From NCBI GenBank assembly GCA_964016885.1, contig OZ024754.1:22444001-22508000 (forward strand): a stretch of DNA of 64,000 nt, written 5' to 3'. The position numbers and the translations under genes were made by a program. The notes under the pieces are model-generated. The model did not search any database. It was not told the DNA's origin and worked only from the letters and a program-made list of their open reading frames with translations. Origin of the DNA: Eledone cirrhosa. Its lineage: Eukaryota. Below are positions 12,820 to 27,146 of this stretch, piece after piece; the first letter of the stretch is position 1; each line of letters starts with the position of its first letter.

Positions 12820-13320
12820 TCTATCCCTCGAAGCAGAATTTCCAAATGTCCTATTTATCCCGCCTGACGTCGCTCGCCAGCATCTATCCTGTTCTTGTCG
12901 GTCGATGAATGGTCAATAAGTGTACACGTCATCGGTATTTCTGACTACTCATGGCCGTCCATTTTTATCGTTCCAATCATATGTCACCTGTCAATCAAAG
13001 TTGGTCCTTTTAGCAGAATTACTGCCGTAGGAGGTAAGGGGTTGTATGAGTGAAATGCCTGCGCACTGCCACAGCTGTCTCGGCCTGTAGACACACACAC
13101 ACGTAACCCTGGTGCGCGCAAGCGCAATACATATGGTCTCGTATACACACATAACAATTATACACACACCTGCAACTGTAATATATACGAAAATCACAGT
13201 AAATATTAAATGTGCAGCGAATACTTGGAAACATTTTTTTAAAAACTTAGAAAAACGTGTCTGTACATATACTTGGAGAGATGCCTATATCAGTAAAAAT
13301 GATACACATATATATATCTC

Positions 13321-13364
<44 letters not shown>

Positions 13365-13685
13365 GAGGCGTATAGATACAGTGTATACTGAAGGGTACAA
13401 TGAATACCTAGTTAATGCGCAGAAACTATTTAAAGACATTTAAAAACCCTTAAAAAAAGCCTTGAAAAACAATTAAAAAACATTAAAAAAAAACGATGAA
13501 AAAAGCCTCTCAAAAAATTATTTCAAAAGTATTTCTAACAAATATACATACATATATACACACACAGTACTCAAGAAAGCATATATATTTAAAGACACAT
13601 ATACTTGAAAAAATATATATGCATGCACATATATACACATGAAAAAACGGAAAATATACATAAACATACACCTACACAGACATAT

Positions 13686-13738
<53 letters not shown>

Positions 13739-14677
13739 CCCACACATACGCATGCACATGGGTATGCGTATACATCTTAAAAAACACATACTTGACGAAT
13801 ACCTACATATCTGCACACACACGTAAATGTGCACAGGACGCATAAAACATTATATGAAAAAACCTTCGTGAGACTTGCAGACGGAGGCACATTCAGGAGG
13901 CCATATATGCCCGAAAGTGCATGCATAATATGCATAAATGTAAGAATTACGCAGCAGCCACATACTAATGACAAATAACATGGGGTGGGGGGTGGGGGTA
14001 CATATATGAATGCGTGAACGTACAGAAAATACGTGAAAGAAATGTATACGTGAAAAAGATGCAAAGAAGGTATCCGTCAAGCCACCTAGATAGTGGGATA
14101 TACATAAAGTGATATAAGATACATAAAGACTGAGGATTCTAGGGACTGGGTAAGAACCTGCACATCAACTATGCATATGAAACAGATTTCATGCCAGGTG
14201 GACACAGGGGACCGTCTAGGTATACATAAATAGGTTATATATATCGGGAATGTGTAGAATATCCTTTTCATAACAGTATATATGAAATGTACATGGAATG
14301 GATGCATAAATGGAATATACCAGCGGCTTGTGGAGTAGGCATGCATATGGCAACGGCAACCAAAGTTAGAATTAACCTCAACATTAACCTTAAATCCAAC
14401 ATCAAGCCCAACATTAAAATTGCAAATAAAAAATAAAAAATTTAAAACAACAGATAAGGTTGAAAACAAAATCAAACTTATATTGAATCGCCGTCTCCGT
14501 GTTGGTGGGACGGCGGTATCCAAGGTACGTAACGAGGTATGTATCATTGGATCTGCCGTTGATTTCCACGTTTCGCCGTGCATTCATTAGTATGCTGTCT
14601 AATGTTGTTGTCCGCTGCAGGCACCCAAACTGGCATTGTCATACTGGCATTGTTATACTGTTACCCATCCGGTATCA

Positions 14678-16110
14678 CTAAACCGGAGATGTGCATTTAC
14701 GTTGGTGTCTGCCGGCCATGATGATTTCAGATTTGAGGTTGACTGCGTCGCCCTTTAGTTTTACTATCTCCATAGCCTCGGACAGGCACAACTTGCACTT
14801 CACCTCGCCAGTCGAATACGCATTCGCGCTGGACGATACTCCAGTTGAGGTCAAATGCCGTGCCACTGTCTTTGAGGCCCCATATTAGGTCCGCCTGTCT
14901 GGTGGAGTGCCTCTTATTCCGGTCCTTGAACGAGTTCTTGTGGTTGTACATCCTCGATTTAAAGGTCGTGGATGTTGCCCCGATGTAGGTGTGCCTATCA
15001 TTGGGCGTGGTAACTACACATCTGTAGACAACGCCCTTTGTCAGGCACATTCCCTGCAGAGGGCACTGTTCACCTACACGGCAGTTACATGTCCGTGCTT
15101 CATTTTGGCCAGTCCCTTTATGTGGGTCTGACGTCTTAGTGGGGCTCGCCCCCAGTACTCCTGTGGTGTTCCGGCAGAGTGGTGGACTCAGTGTTCACCA
15201 CCCGCGGGTCTCGGTTGTGAAGTGTTGCGTCCTCTACGGCCACGGCGCCTCCCCCGGGTACATCGCCGAAACCACTGGCCACGTCCACATACGCTCCCCC
15301 CGAGGTGACTGTGGCCTGTAATGTTTGGCGGTGGGGTGTCCTCATTTTCACTTCGTTGGCCTTGGCCATGTAGTCTGCCATGTTGGGTGCCGTATAAAAT
15401 GAGAACTTCACGGTGTGGTGGTTGAATATTTTGTGGTATCTGTGCGATGCCGGGAAACACTCGTCTAATGCCCTGAAGAAGAGGCCTGACACGTTGGTGC
15501 ATACATGCTTCGAGTAGGGCGCATTGAACCACGTTATGTTTCTAGACCTTTTCTTATTCCGTCGTCTGCGTGCGATGTCATGTTGGTTTCTCGGGTTTTG
15601 CCTTTCTCCTATTTCGGCCCCTATGCTATCACTATGCTTAGAACTACTATTTATGTCGGGAGAAAGGCATTCACTTACTATGTTGTTCCGGACATGTCTA
15701 CTGGCCCTAGTTTTCATCCCCGTCCTGCTACCCGAGTATCCCGCCGTATCATTGTTGGTATTCTTCATCCTGGTGTTATCTCTAGCGTGTTCTATGTCCT
15801 GTGCTGCGTTCACTACGTCACTATCCTTGGTTCCCCCGTCGTGGTGTGCGCTGGTGTTACGGTTCAGTCTGCATGTGCCTCCGTCTGTCTATGCGTCGTG
15901 GCGTCCTCCTTGTCGTACGCAATAATCTTAGTCTTATCGTTATGTGTGTGCTCCCGGGTAGTTTGCCTGCCTATATTAGTACTAATGGTATCCGGGTTTT
16001 TGCGTTCCTCGGTATACGGCCTACCCTTGTCCGGGGTATACACTATAGCTTCTGTGTAACCAGCCCTGCCCAGTGCCTCGTTATAGTAGTCGGCGTGTTG
16101 CGTGAACACA
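14678..16110 (-). pseudogene. PLE A polyprotein remnant: RT thumb, linker, GIY-YIG endonuclease
   Basis: HADYYNEALGRAGY; NITWFNAPYS...HKIFNHHTVKFS; CNC..CPLQGMCL..VVYRC..YIGATSTTFKSRMYNH; CKLCLSE. Contains stops and frameshifts. Confidence 0.88.
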
Positions 16111-17540
16111 TCCGCGGCCGTTTGACCTCAGCTGGAGTATCATCCAGGGCGCGAATGCGTATTCGGCTGGCGAGGTGAAGTGCAAGTTGTGCCTGTCCGA
16201 GGCTATGGTGATAGTAAAACTAAAGGGCGACGCAGTCAACCTCAAATCTGAAATCATCATGGCCGGCAGACACCAACGTAAATGCACATCTCCGGTTTAG
16301 TGATACCGGATGGGTAACAGTATAACAATGCCAGTTTGGGCGCCTGCAGCGGACAACAACATTAGACAGCATACTAATGAATGCACGGCGAAACGTGGAA
16401 ATCAACGGCAGATCCAATGATACATATCTCGTTACGTACCTTGGATACCGCCGTCCCACCAACACGGAGACGGCGATTCAATATAAGTTTGATTTTGTTT
16501 TCAACCTTATCTGTTGTTTTAAATTTTTTATTTTTTATTTGCAATTTTAATGTTGGGCTTGATGTTGGATTTAAGGTTAATGTTGAGGTTAATTCTAACT
16601 TTGGTTGCCGTTGCCATATGCATGCCTACTCCACAAGCCGCTGGTATATTCCATTTATGCATCCATTCCATGTACATTTCATATATACTGTTATGAAAAG
16701 GATATTCTACACATTCCCGATATATATAACCTATTTATGTATACCTAGACGGTCCCCTGTGTCCACCTGGCATGAAATCTGTTTCATATGCATAGTTGAT
16801 GTGCAGGTTCTTACCCAGTCCCTAGAATCCTCAGTCTTTATGTATCTTATATCACTTTATGTATATCCCACTATCTAGGTGGCTTGACGGATACCTTCTT
16901 TGCATCTTTTTCACGTATACATTTCTTTCACGTATTTTCTGTACGTACACGCATTCATATATGTACCCCCCCCCATGTTATTTGTCATTAGTATGTGGCT
17001 GCTGCGTAATTCTTACATTTATGCATATTATGCATGCACTTTCGGGCATATATGGCCTCCTGAATGTGCCTCCGTCTGCAAGTCTCACGAAGGTTTTTTC
17101 ATATAATGTTTTATGCGTCCTGTGCACATTTACGTGTGCGCGCAGATATGTAGGTATTCGTCAAGTATGTGTTTTTTAAGATGTATACGCATACCCATGT
17201 GCATGCGTATATATATATATATAGATAGATAAATCTACTAAAATATACGGTAGTGTCCAATCCGTATGAAGAACTCAATGTAATCCAAATATCATGAAAA
17301 GAGAAGATGTATTCAAAATTTTTTCGAGGAAAAACAGGAAAACAGAGTCAAGATAAATTAATAAAAATAATGAATAAAAACAAAGATACAGTTCCTTATA
17401 TTAAAAAATTCATCATTTTACGATCGTTTCTAGGATATATATGTGTGTGTTGGTATGTATATCATATAGATCTATGTAAAATTTTTACAAACTATCAGAG
17501 GGAAAATACATACCTACACATATATATGCTGTCTTCAGAA

Positions 17541-17730
17541 ATAATTGTTTCTACTTTAGGCACAAGGCCAGCAATTACCATGTGCATTACTGGTACTTTA
17601 TTCTATCGACCCCGTAAGGATGAAAGGCAAAGTCAACATCGGCGGGATTTGAACTTAGATCGTAAAGGGACGTAACTATGCTGGAAAGCATGGCGTCCGA
17701 CCCTCTACCGATACTGCCAATCCACCGCCC
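17541..17730 (-). mobile_element. tRNA-derived SINE, full length, with about 13-bp TSD
   Basis: On the - strand: A box TGGCAGTATCGG, B box (A/G)AGTTCAAATCC, GCCTTTCATCCTTACGGGGTCGATA central domain and AAACAATT tail. TSD CTTCAGAAATAAT/CTTCAAAAATAAT. The mirror arm (about 22595) is empty. Confidence 0.9.
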
Positions 17731-18469
17731 TTCAAAAATAATGATATTTGTTTATTGAAAAAAACCAACAAAGATTTAATATATTTGGGAACAGGTTTTG
17801 AATTGACCAATAAAAAGGTAGTAAGTGGTCAAGATGATAGAATAGTAGTAATAGAAATTTAATTTAGGAGTAGAGGAAAGCAGACTTCAGTTTTGAATGG
17901 AAAGACTATTTTGAATGAAAAGATTACTTTGGGGATGAACATGGGTCAAGCCGGTGAAAGGTACACGAAAATTTGATGTTATAAAAGAATAATGCTAATG
18001 TTAAAATCTAAGGAGAATAACATTTTACGATAAATGTGTTAGTGAAAAATATCAATCTTATTTAAAACATAAAGAATTTACATCTATAAAAAGAAAATAA
18101 ATTAATTTAATTGATAGGTATATTTATATTGATAAATTTATATTAATTCATATAGATATTATAAATAAGAGTCAGATGTAATTGAAGAATGTTGTTAAAA
18201 ACGAAGGGAGAAAAAAAAAAAAATTGGGGGTGGGGGGTGGGGGGTAAATGTATTAATGAGAAATAACAAATTTATATAGATTACAAGGAATATAGATTCA
18301 TAACCTGAGATTAAAATAGTTTATATGTATACTTATTGGTATAAATTTTAGAAAAAAGATAGCTGTAAAAGAGAAATAAAATTATGCAGTTCATTAGTAG
18401 TAGAATATTAATTATAGGTTAACTAATTAAAAAAAAAAGATTTTATTATAATAATTTGTAAAGTGTATA

Positions 18470-21017
18470 TTAATTAGGTTTATAATATTTAAAAGTTCTT
18501 CTAATTTTATGATTACATGATATAATTAATTCTTGTCGCTTATTTAATAGGATATCCTTAGATTTCATTATTTCAAAAAGTTCCTGGGAACATAATCTAC
18601 ATTCATATCTATTATTTTGATAAGAGGTGGCCCTTTTGAGCACACTCCAGGTCAGGTTATAATCGATATTCTTTTTTCTATAATTATTACTTATTTCAGC
18701 TAAGGATGTTGTATTAGCTAATGCGGCATTTTTAAAACTGTGTTTGTGGGTATTAAATCTTACTTTAAATTGGTTAGAAGTAGCTCCTATATATGAATAA
18801 GTTGAGTCCTTAGTGTTAATTTTACATTTATATACTATGTTATTAATAAGGCAATTTCCTTTTAATGGGCAATTTGCTTTGTTTCTACAGTTACAACCTT
18901 TCGTGAATGTTGTATCAGAGGAGATGGTCAAATCAGGTGTGGAATTTTCTCGACTTGTTGTATGTGAATGAGATGGTGGTTTGCTATGGTTTATTTTTGT
19001 ATTATGGTTAGTTTGATGTATTGGTGGTATATTCATGTTTTTTTTTACATTTATATGCATTATAGGCACTTATATTTTGTTGTATATTTTTGGTTGTTGA
19101 GTAGGAGAATTTGACCGTTGATCTATTTAAAATTTGATGGTATTTATGTTTTGGCGGAACGTTTTTCTCTAGGATAGTAACATTTTTTTTAGGTATATTA
19201 TCTTTAATTTGTAGATTAAATGGAGCATTATACCAAGTAACTCGTCTATTACGGTTTCGATGTTGTTTTTTATTTTTATACGATGTATCCTGATTTTTAC
19301 TAAGAGAATTAGTATTAGTGATTTTATTACACATATTTTTAGTTAGATTCATTGATTTAGGTGTTTTAACCTGATTATTAGGAATTTTGTTATTAAGATA
19401 TATTGGAATATTAGGATGAATGGTTTTTTGAAAGTTATTATATTGTATATTAGAAGAGTTAGAGAGAGAAATTAAGTTTTAAGTTGGTATTTTTGGGTAT
19501 AGTGTGAGTGGCATTTAGGTGTGTATATTTCATTTGGTGTTTGTTGGTAATATTGGGTTGTATGTTTGTAGTATTATTGGTACAAGGTATATATACTAAT
19601 TTATTTTTGTGGCCGCTTCTAGCTAAAGCTTCGTTATAAAAGGTCGCATTTTTATCGAATACATCCTGGTTAGATGAAAGGTTAGAAATTCTGAGTGAGA
19701 TATTATATGCTAGATTTTTAAGGATAGATTTAGGGTGATTAGATTGTGAGTGTATGTAATGTAAGTTTGGGTTAGGTTTATGGTAAGGTTGGTAGATACC
19801 CGTAGATAAGTCTAATGTTATATCAAGGAAATTAACTACTTTACTTGTGTTTTCAAATGTAATATTGAGACTATAATAGTCTTTGAGGAAAATTCTAATA
19901 AGTTTTTTATTTTTTTCAATTTCTGATAGGCTAAGGTTAGTGGAAAGAAGAAGACAGTTGTCACGATATAAACCACCTTTAAGGTGGGGAAAAGAAGCAT
20001 TTATGTTAAATAGAAGAAAGAGGCCCACAAGATCGGTAATTTGGGCAGAATCACTAGAGCCCATAGTAATGTCGAATAGATTACTATATGTATTTCTGGT
20101 CCAGTATTCCTTCTGAAATACCAGTAGTGTTTGTCTAGCATGCGTGATAATATTAATGTCATCCATAGTTAAGTTTGATCTATTTTTGGCAAATATCAAG
20201 GCTTTGTTCAGGAGTATGGGTGAATAATAAGCATCTATATCGAATTGTAGAAATGAAGCAGATGATTTATTTCTAATATTAGTAAACCAGTTAATTACCT
20301 GGGATGTGTTTTCCCAGAGTGGTAAATTAACATGTTTTCTTAATTGTGGGATGACTCTATCTAAATTTTTTTTTTACTAATGATGCCAATGTCAGATTTG
20401 GAAGGGCATATAAGTCTTATAGAAGGATTAGAGTTAAAATTAGATTTGTGATCTTTCAGGTTAAAATGTGTTTTTTTCAGTGCCAAAGGTTCAGTTCTAT
20501 CTTCAATATTAAGTCTATTTACTATGTTGTGTGTTTTGTTGTTGATATTGGTAAGTGTCGCATTGTTTGTTTTTTTATAATTTTTCCTGAGTTCTTTATA
20601 AATGAACTCATTATAATTATTAATATCCATGTGGTATAGATTTCCAGTTTTGTCAGAGTGGACATGGATTTTGTTAGATTCTTTTAGATCCAATAGGGTA
20701 GAATCAAGATCCTTTTGAAAATTAGATTTATATTTCTTAAATTTGAGGTGTTTGATTAAGTTAAAAAGGTCTTTCTCGAAGTTTTCAAGCAAGGAGTTGT
20801 GTGGTGGGTTCTTATATGTAGTGAAATCATATAAATATTTCTTATCAGTACATTTTGTTTTTTTATCAAAGTGGCAGGCCCTCCATCTGACCCTTTTGAT
20901 GAATTGGTTGGTTTTTTGTATCATAAGAAGTAAGAGTTCCTCCTTAGAAGGTATTGGTATATTATTTAAAGAAGTACCCAAGTATTGTTTTTCCATTGTG
21001 ATATGGATAATGGACAA
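18470..21017 (-). pseudogene. PLE B RT + GIY-YIG polyprotein, frameshifted (YRDD-type, Hydra-clade-like)
   Basis: SLNNIPIPS; SDKTGNLY; LKDHK..IRLICPSKSDIGIISK; ITMGSSDSAQITDLVGLF; GLYRDN; NFLDITL; SNHP; CNC.CPL.GNCL..IVYKC..YIGAT; CRLCSQE. Confidence 0.93.
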
Positions 21018-22592
21018 GAAAAAGAGCTCAACTATATATATATAGGGAGTTATAAAATTATATATATATATATAAAAATATGAATACCTTTATAAAATTA
21101 GGAGCAAAGTATGTAGATAAATTTACCAAAATATACGGTAGTGTCCAATCCGTATGAAGAACTCAATGTAATCCAAATATCATGAAAAGAGAAGATGTAT
21201 TCAAAATTTTTTCTATGAAAATACCATCAAATTTTAAATAGATCAACGGTCAAATTCTCCTACTCAACAACCAAAAATATACAACAAAATATAAGTGCCT
21301 ATAATGCATATAAATGTAAAAAAACCATGAATATACCACCAATACATCAAACTAACCATAATACAAAAATAAACCATAGCAAACCACCATCTCATTCACA
21401 TACAACAAGTCGAGAAAATTCCACACCTAATTTGACTATCTCCTCTGATACAACATTCACGAAAGGTTGTAACTGTAAAAACAAAGCAAATTGCCCATTA
21501 AAAGGAAATTGCCTTATTAATAACATAGTATATAAATGTAAAATTAACACTAAGGACTTAACTTATTCATATATAGGAGCTACTTAAAGTAAGATTTAAT
21601 AGCCACAAACACAGTTTTAAAAATGCCGCATTAACTAATACAACATCCTTAGCTGAAATAATTAATAATTATAGAAAAAAGAATATCGATTATAACCTGA
21701 CCTGGAGTGTGCTCAAAAGGGCCACCCCTTATCAAAATAATAGATATGAATGTAGATTATGTTCCCAGGAACTTTTTGAAATAATGAAATCTAAGGATAT
21801 CCTATTAAATAAGAAACAAGAATTAATCATAAAATTAGAAGAACTTTTAAATATTATAAACCTAATTATTATAAACCTAATTATTATAATAACATTTTTT
21901 TTTTTAAAATTAGTGAACCTATAATTAATATTCTACTACTAATGAACTGCATAATTTTATTTCCCTTTTACAGCTATCTTTTCCTAAAATTTATACCAAT
22001 AAGTATACATATAAACTATTTTAATCTCAGGTTATGAATCTATATTCCTTGTAATCTATATAAATTTATTTCTCATTAATACATTTACCCCCCTCCCCCC
22101 ACCCAATTATTATTATTTTTTTTCCCTTCGTTTTTAACAACATTCTTCAATTACATCTAACTCTTATTTATCATATCTATATGAATTAATATAAATTTAT
22201 CAATATAAATATACCTATCAATTAAATTAATTTATTTTCTTTTTATAGATGTAAATTCCTTATGTTTTAAATAAGATTGATATTTTTCACTAACACATTT
22301 ATCGTAAAATTTTATTCTCCTTAGATTTTAACATTAGCATTATTCTTTTATAACATCAAATTTTCGTGTACCTTTCACCGGCTTGACCCATGTTCATCCC
22401 CAAAGTAATCTTTTTATTCAAAATAGTCTTTCCATTCAAAACTGAAGTCTGCTTTCCTCTACCCCTAAATTAAATTTCTATTACTACTATTCTATCATCT
22501 TGACCACTTACTACCTTTCTATTGGTCAATTCAAAACCTGTTCCCAAACCTATTATATTAAATCTTTGTTGTTTTTTTTCAATAAACAAATA

Positions 22593-22730
22593 TCATTATT
22601 TCTGAAGACAGCATATATATGTGTAGGTATGTATATACCCTCTGATAGTTTGTAAAATTTTTACATAGATCTATATGATATACATACCAACACACACATA
22701 TATATCCTAGAAACGATCGTAAAATGATGA
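22593..22730 (+). ncRNA. Hammerhead ribozyme with about 100-nt helix II (PLE B; mirror copy about 17410-17545)
   Basis: 9-bp stem I UCAUUAUUU/AAAUGAUGA; CUGAAGA at 22602; long hairpin AUAUAUAUGUGU..GGUAUGUAUAU/AUAUACAUACC..ACACAUAUAUAU; GAAAC GAUC GUA. Confidence 0.8.
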
Positions 22731-22781
22731 ATTTTTTAATATAAGGAACTGTTTCTTTGTTTTTATTCATTATTTTTATTA

Positions 22782-22886
<105 letters not shown>

Positions 22887-23219
22887 ATTATGTCTGTGTA
22901 GGTGTATGTATATTTATATTTTCCGTTTTTTCATGTGTATATATGTGCATGCATATGTATTTTTTCAAGTATATGTGTCTTTAAATATATATGCTTTCAT
23001 GAGTACTGTGTGTGTATGTATGTATGTATGTATGTATGTATATTTGTTAGAAATACTTTTGATATAATTTTATGAGAGGCTTTTTTCATCGTTTTTTTTA
23101 ATGTTTTTAAAATGTTTTCCAAGGCTTTTTTTAAGGGTTTTTAAATGTCTTTAAATAGTTTCTGCGCATTAACTAGGTATTCATTGTACCCTTCAGTATA
23201 CACTGTATCTATACGCCTC

Positions 23220-23261
<42 letters not shown>

Positions 23262-23999
23262 GAGACTATATATATGTGTATCATTTTTACTGATATAGGC
23301 ATCTCTCCAAGTATATGTACAGACACGTTTTTCTAAGTTTTTAAAAAAATGTTTCCAAGTATTCGCTGCACATTTAATATTTACTGTGATTTTCGTATAT
23401 ATTACAGTTGCAGGTGTGTGTATAATTGTTGTGTGTGTATACGAGACCATATGTATTGCGCTTGCGCGCACCAGGGTTACGTGTGTGTGTGTGTCTACAG
23501 GCCGAGACAGCTGTGACAGTGGGCAGGCATTTCACTCATACAACCCCTTACCTCCTACGGCAGTAATTCTGCTAAAAGGACCAACTTTGATTGACAGGTG
23601 ACATATGATTGGAACGATAAAAATGGACGGCCATGAGTAGTCAGAAATACCGATGACGTGTACACTTATTGACCATTCATCGACCGACAAGAACAGGATA
23701 GATGCTGGCGAGCGACGTCAGGCGGGATAAATAGGACATTTGGAAATTCTGCTTCGAGGGATAGAGACGTATCTAAAGAACTTGCGATTTCAGAGTCAGG
23801 TTTGATCATCGCATCGATCGTGCCTCAATCTGGTCGCCAGGGAAACGATTGTAATATGTCTAATAAATTCTAATTCGTCGCACCACTGACTCTCCGTTTC
23901 TTATGTGATATTATACTCTTCTCTGTAAGAGCATCGAGTGCTCAAACGGCCTACCGCATACGGACGCTTTAAGCAGCCCACACCAAATATATATATATA

Positions 24000-24061
<62 letters not shown>

Positions 24062-24132
24062 ATACATTAACGGAGCCATAGACTCTCGCTGTTCCCTGTA
24101 AATAATGTGCTCAAAGGAGAGGAAATCCTGGG

Positions 24133-24332
24133 NNNNNNNNNNNNNNNNNNNNNNNNNNNNNNNNNNNNNNNNNNNNNNNNNNNNNNNNNNNNNNNNNNNN
24201 NNNNNNNNNNNNNNNNNNNNNNNNNNNNNNNNNNNNNNNNNNNNNNNNNNNNNNNNNNNNNNNNNNNNNNNNNNNNNNNNNNNNNNNNNNNNNNNNNNNN
24301 NNNNNNNNNNNNNNNNNNNNNNNNNNNNNNNN
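24133..24332. other. Assembly gap (200 N)
   Basis: Run of N. Confidence 1.
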
Positions 24333-26215
24333 TGCTAATGTTCTGTGACGGGAAGATCAGAGACGTGCGGTGTTCCACATTGCAAGGCAGTGTGTCAATG
24401 TAAATCGGGATATTGTTGGAGATAAGTGTGTCCGGAATGATGCTTGTGTACTTAGTGTCACGAATGATCAGAAAAAGGAGGCCTGGAAATGTCATTATGA
24501 GAGACTGATGAATGTGGAGAACGAATGGGAGGGAGAGAGAAATTACCCCCAGTAGACCCAGCAAAGGGATCAGCTATTGATTTTGAGGAATATAGGGTCC
24601 AAGAGCCAATTAAGGAAATGTAAAATGGTAAGCCGCTGGACCGTCAGGGATAGTTGCTGAGATGCTGAAGGCATTAGAAGAAGTAGGAACTAAACTGGTT
24701 GCACGAATCATCAATGAAGCTATATATGGCGGTATCATACCCAAAGACTGGTGCAGCAGTAGTCTCATAAATTGCTACATAGGTAAAAGGGATGCTCTGT
24801 AGAGGAACAATTATAGGGGCATAAAGCTGATGGATCAGGTTATGAGTGGCAGAGAGAATATTAGCGCAACTAATTAGAGAAAGGGTCAAATTAGATGAAA
24901 TGCAGTTTGGTTTTGTGCCCGGGAAAGAGAGGTTCTTAGAGAAGAATAAGCCACTATACTTAGCTTTTGTTGACCTAGAGAAGGCCTTTGATAGGGGAAC
25001 CCGATCTGTCACCTGGTGGTCCCTAAGGAAACTAGGTGTAAAGGAATGGCTTGCGGGGACAGTGCAAGCTATATACAGAGGTGCTGTCAGTAAAGTGAGA
25101 GTAGGAATGGAGTTTAGTGAGGAATTCCAGATACAAATAGGAGTACATCAGGGCTCGGTCCTCAGCCCGCTCTTGTTTATTATAGTCCTCCAAGCCATAA
25201 GCGAGGAGTTTAATGGGAACTTCTCTATGCTGATGATCTGATTCTTATAGCAGAATCAGTAAAGGAGCTAGAGAATACATTTTGGCTATGGAAACAGCAG
25301 CTGGAATCAAGAGGACTGAGAGTGAACATAGCTAAGACAAAAGTGTTGATGAATAGAAAAGAGGACAAAACTCTGATTCCGTTAGGGAAATGGCCGTGTT
25401 CGATATGTAGAAAAAGAACTGGCATAAATTCTATAAAATCCACACAATGCAGATCTTGGGTACACAAGAGATGTAGTGGGATAGCAGGCAAACTAACAGG
25501 TAGGGAAAACTACGTATGCAGCAGATGTACAGGGAAATTTGACAGTAGAAGTCGCATTGATAGACACATTTTTCAAATGCAGATGGGTTCTATAGAGGTG
25601 GTTGATAGCTTCCTGTACTTAGGTGATCAGATTAGCATGGGAGAGGGGTATTCTGAGGCCAGAGTGTCTAGAATAAGGACGGGTTAGAAGAAGTTTGGGC
25701 AGCTGCTTCCTCTGTTGACAAAGAAGTGTATCTACCTGTGTACGAAAGGCCGGTTATATGATGCCTGTGTGAGATGCACGATGCTGCATGGTATTGAGAT
25801 ATGGGCAGCAACTACAGAGGATATGCGATGGCTGGAGAGAAATGAGGCAAGCATGCTCCATTGGATGTGTAATGTCAATATGCGTGAACGACCAATCATA
25901 GATGAGTTGAGAGAGAAACTGTGTATAAGAGGGATAAGTTGTAGCGTGCGGGAGAGAAGACTGTGATGGTATGGACCTGTTATGCTCATGGAGGATGACC
26001 ACTGGATAAAGAAATGCCAAGAAATCTCAGTAGAAGGAAGACGCAGTAGAGGAAGACTACGAAAAACATGGGCGGAGGTGGTGAGAGCAGACCTCAGATC
26101 GTTGAAGCTCACGAAGGAGATGACGAAGGACCATGACAAGTGGAGAGATGCTGTGCTGAATAGGACCAGCCCCACCCCTTGAAAGCAGGGAAGAGCGGAC
26201 GAAAAATGATGATGA

Positions 26216-26219
<4 letters not shown>
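24333..26219 (+). mobile_element. Degenerate RTE LINE (RT and C-terminus), same family as 7044-10285
   Basis: QFGFVPGK, FVDLEKAFDR, GVHQGSVLSPLLF, WPCSICRK..CRSWVHKRCSG; ends in (ATG)n at 26206-26219. Its 5' part falls in the gap. Confidence 0.93.
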
Positions 26220-26266
<47 letters not shown>

Positions 26267-27146
26267 GAGAGAGAGAAGAAGTTTATGAAACGGAAATGCG
26301 GGTATAAAGAATTTATTAGGTAACAATTGTTTCTATAGTGTATGGGTTACCTATACCTCGCTATTTGAATAATATAAAAATATTATCATAAACCGAAGGT
26401 ACACTGCAAGCAAACACACCATGTCGTCAGACCTTTGTATTGGAATGATATGAAAATATTTTATACACTAGATAAAAGAGAAAGAAGGAGGTAGGAAGAG
26501 AAGGGGAAGAGGGAAGTGAGTAAGGGGGAGGGAGTCCTAGGATTTAAGACTGTCAGACTAGTAGAGATTGTAAGGAGAGAATGTTTTGGCAGCAGTTAGC
26601 TTAATGAGGCGTGTTAGGATTGGCGGGGGAAGTAAATTCTTCTAGTGGTGTTGTTTGGACAAAATTTAGTTAAAGGGGTCAAAGTGGTACAGAGTTACAG
26701 ACAAGTTATTGGGGCTATTATAGTAGCAGGTTATTTCTAAAGGGGTCCAGAAAACAGTGTTTAGTACTATTATTATAGAAAGCCATATCTTGTGTATAAA
26801 CATATAAAACAGAAATTTGCAAACGGTGGTGTAAAAAGGTAACATTACATGCATTTAAAAAAAGAAAAAGTCGTTTTCAAACGATGGTTACAGTACAGTG
26901 AACGTTCAATTTTGCTGTTCAAAAGTTTGTTTACCGACGTTAAAATGCAGTATATCTCCATATTGCATAATTTACAGAATCGATGATTTTGCTAATATGC
27001 AGGCGCAGCTGCAATACTTTGCCAATCAAGGGAGAATGCTTGATTGTTCCTCCGGAGCTGCCAGGCTTTATCGGCGAGGGTTGTTACGAAGCGCATTTTC
27101 TCGTGCCTGATCGAAGATCGATGTTGGTATAGGCGAGCTTTGAAAG

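Noticed and set aside
14086-16878. Near-identical 165-aa ORFs on opposite strands
   Set aside because: They are the two arms of PLE A's inverted 3'UTR and show no recognisable domain.
24067-24564. ORFs spanning X runs
   Set aside because: They are artefacts of the 200-N assembly gap.
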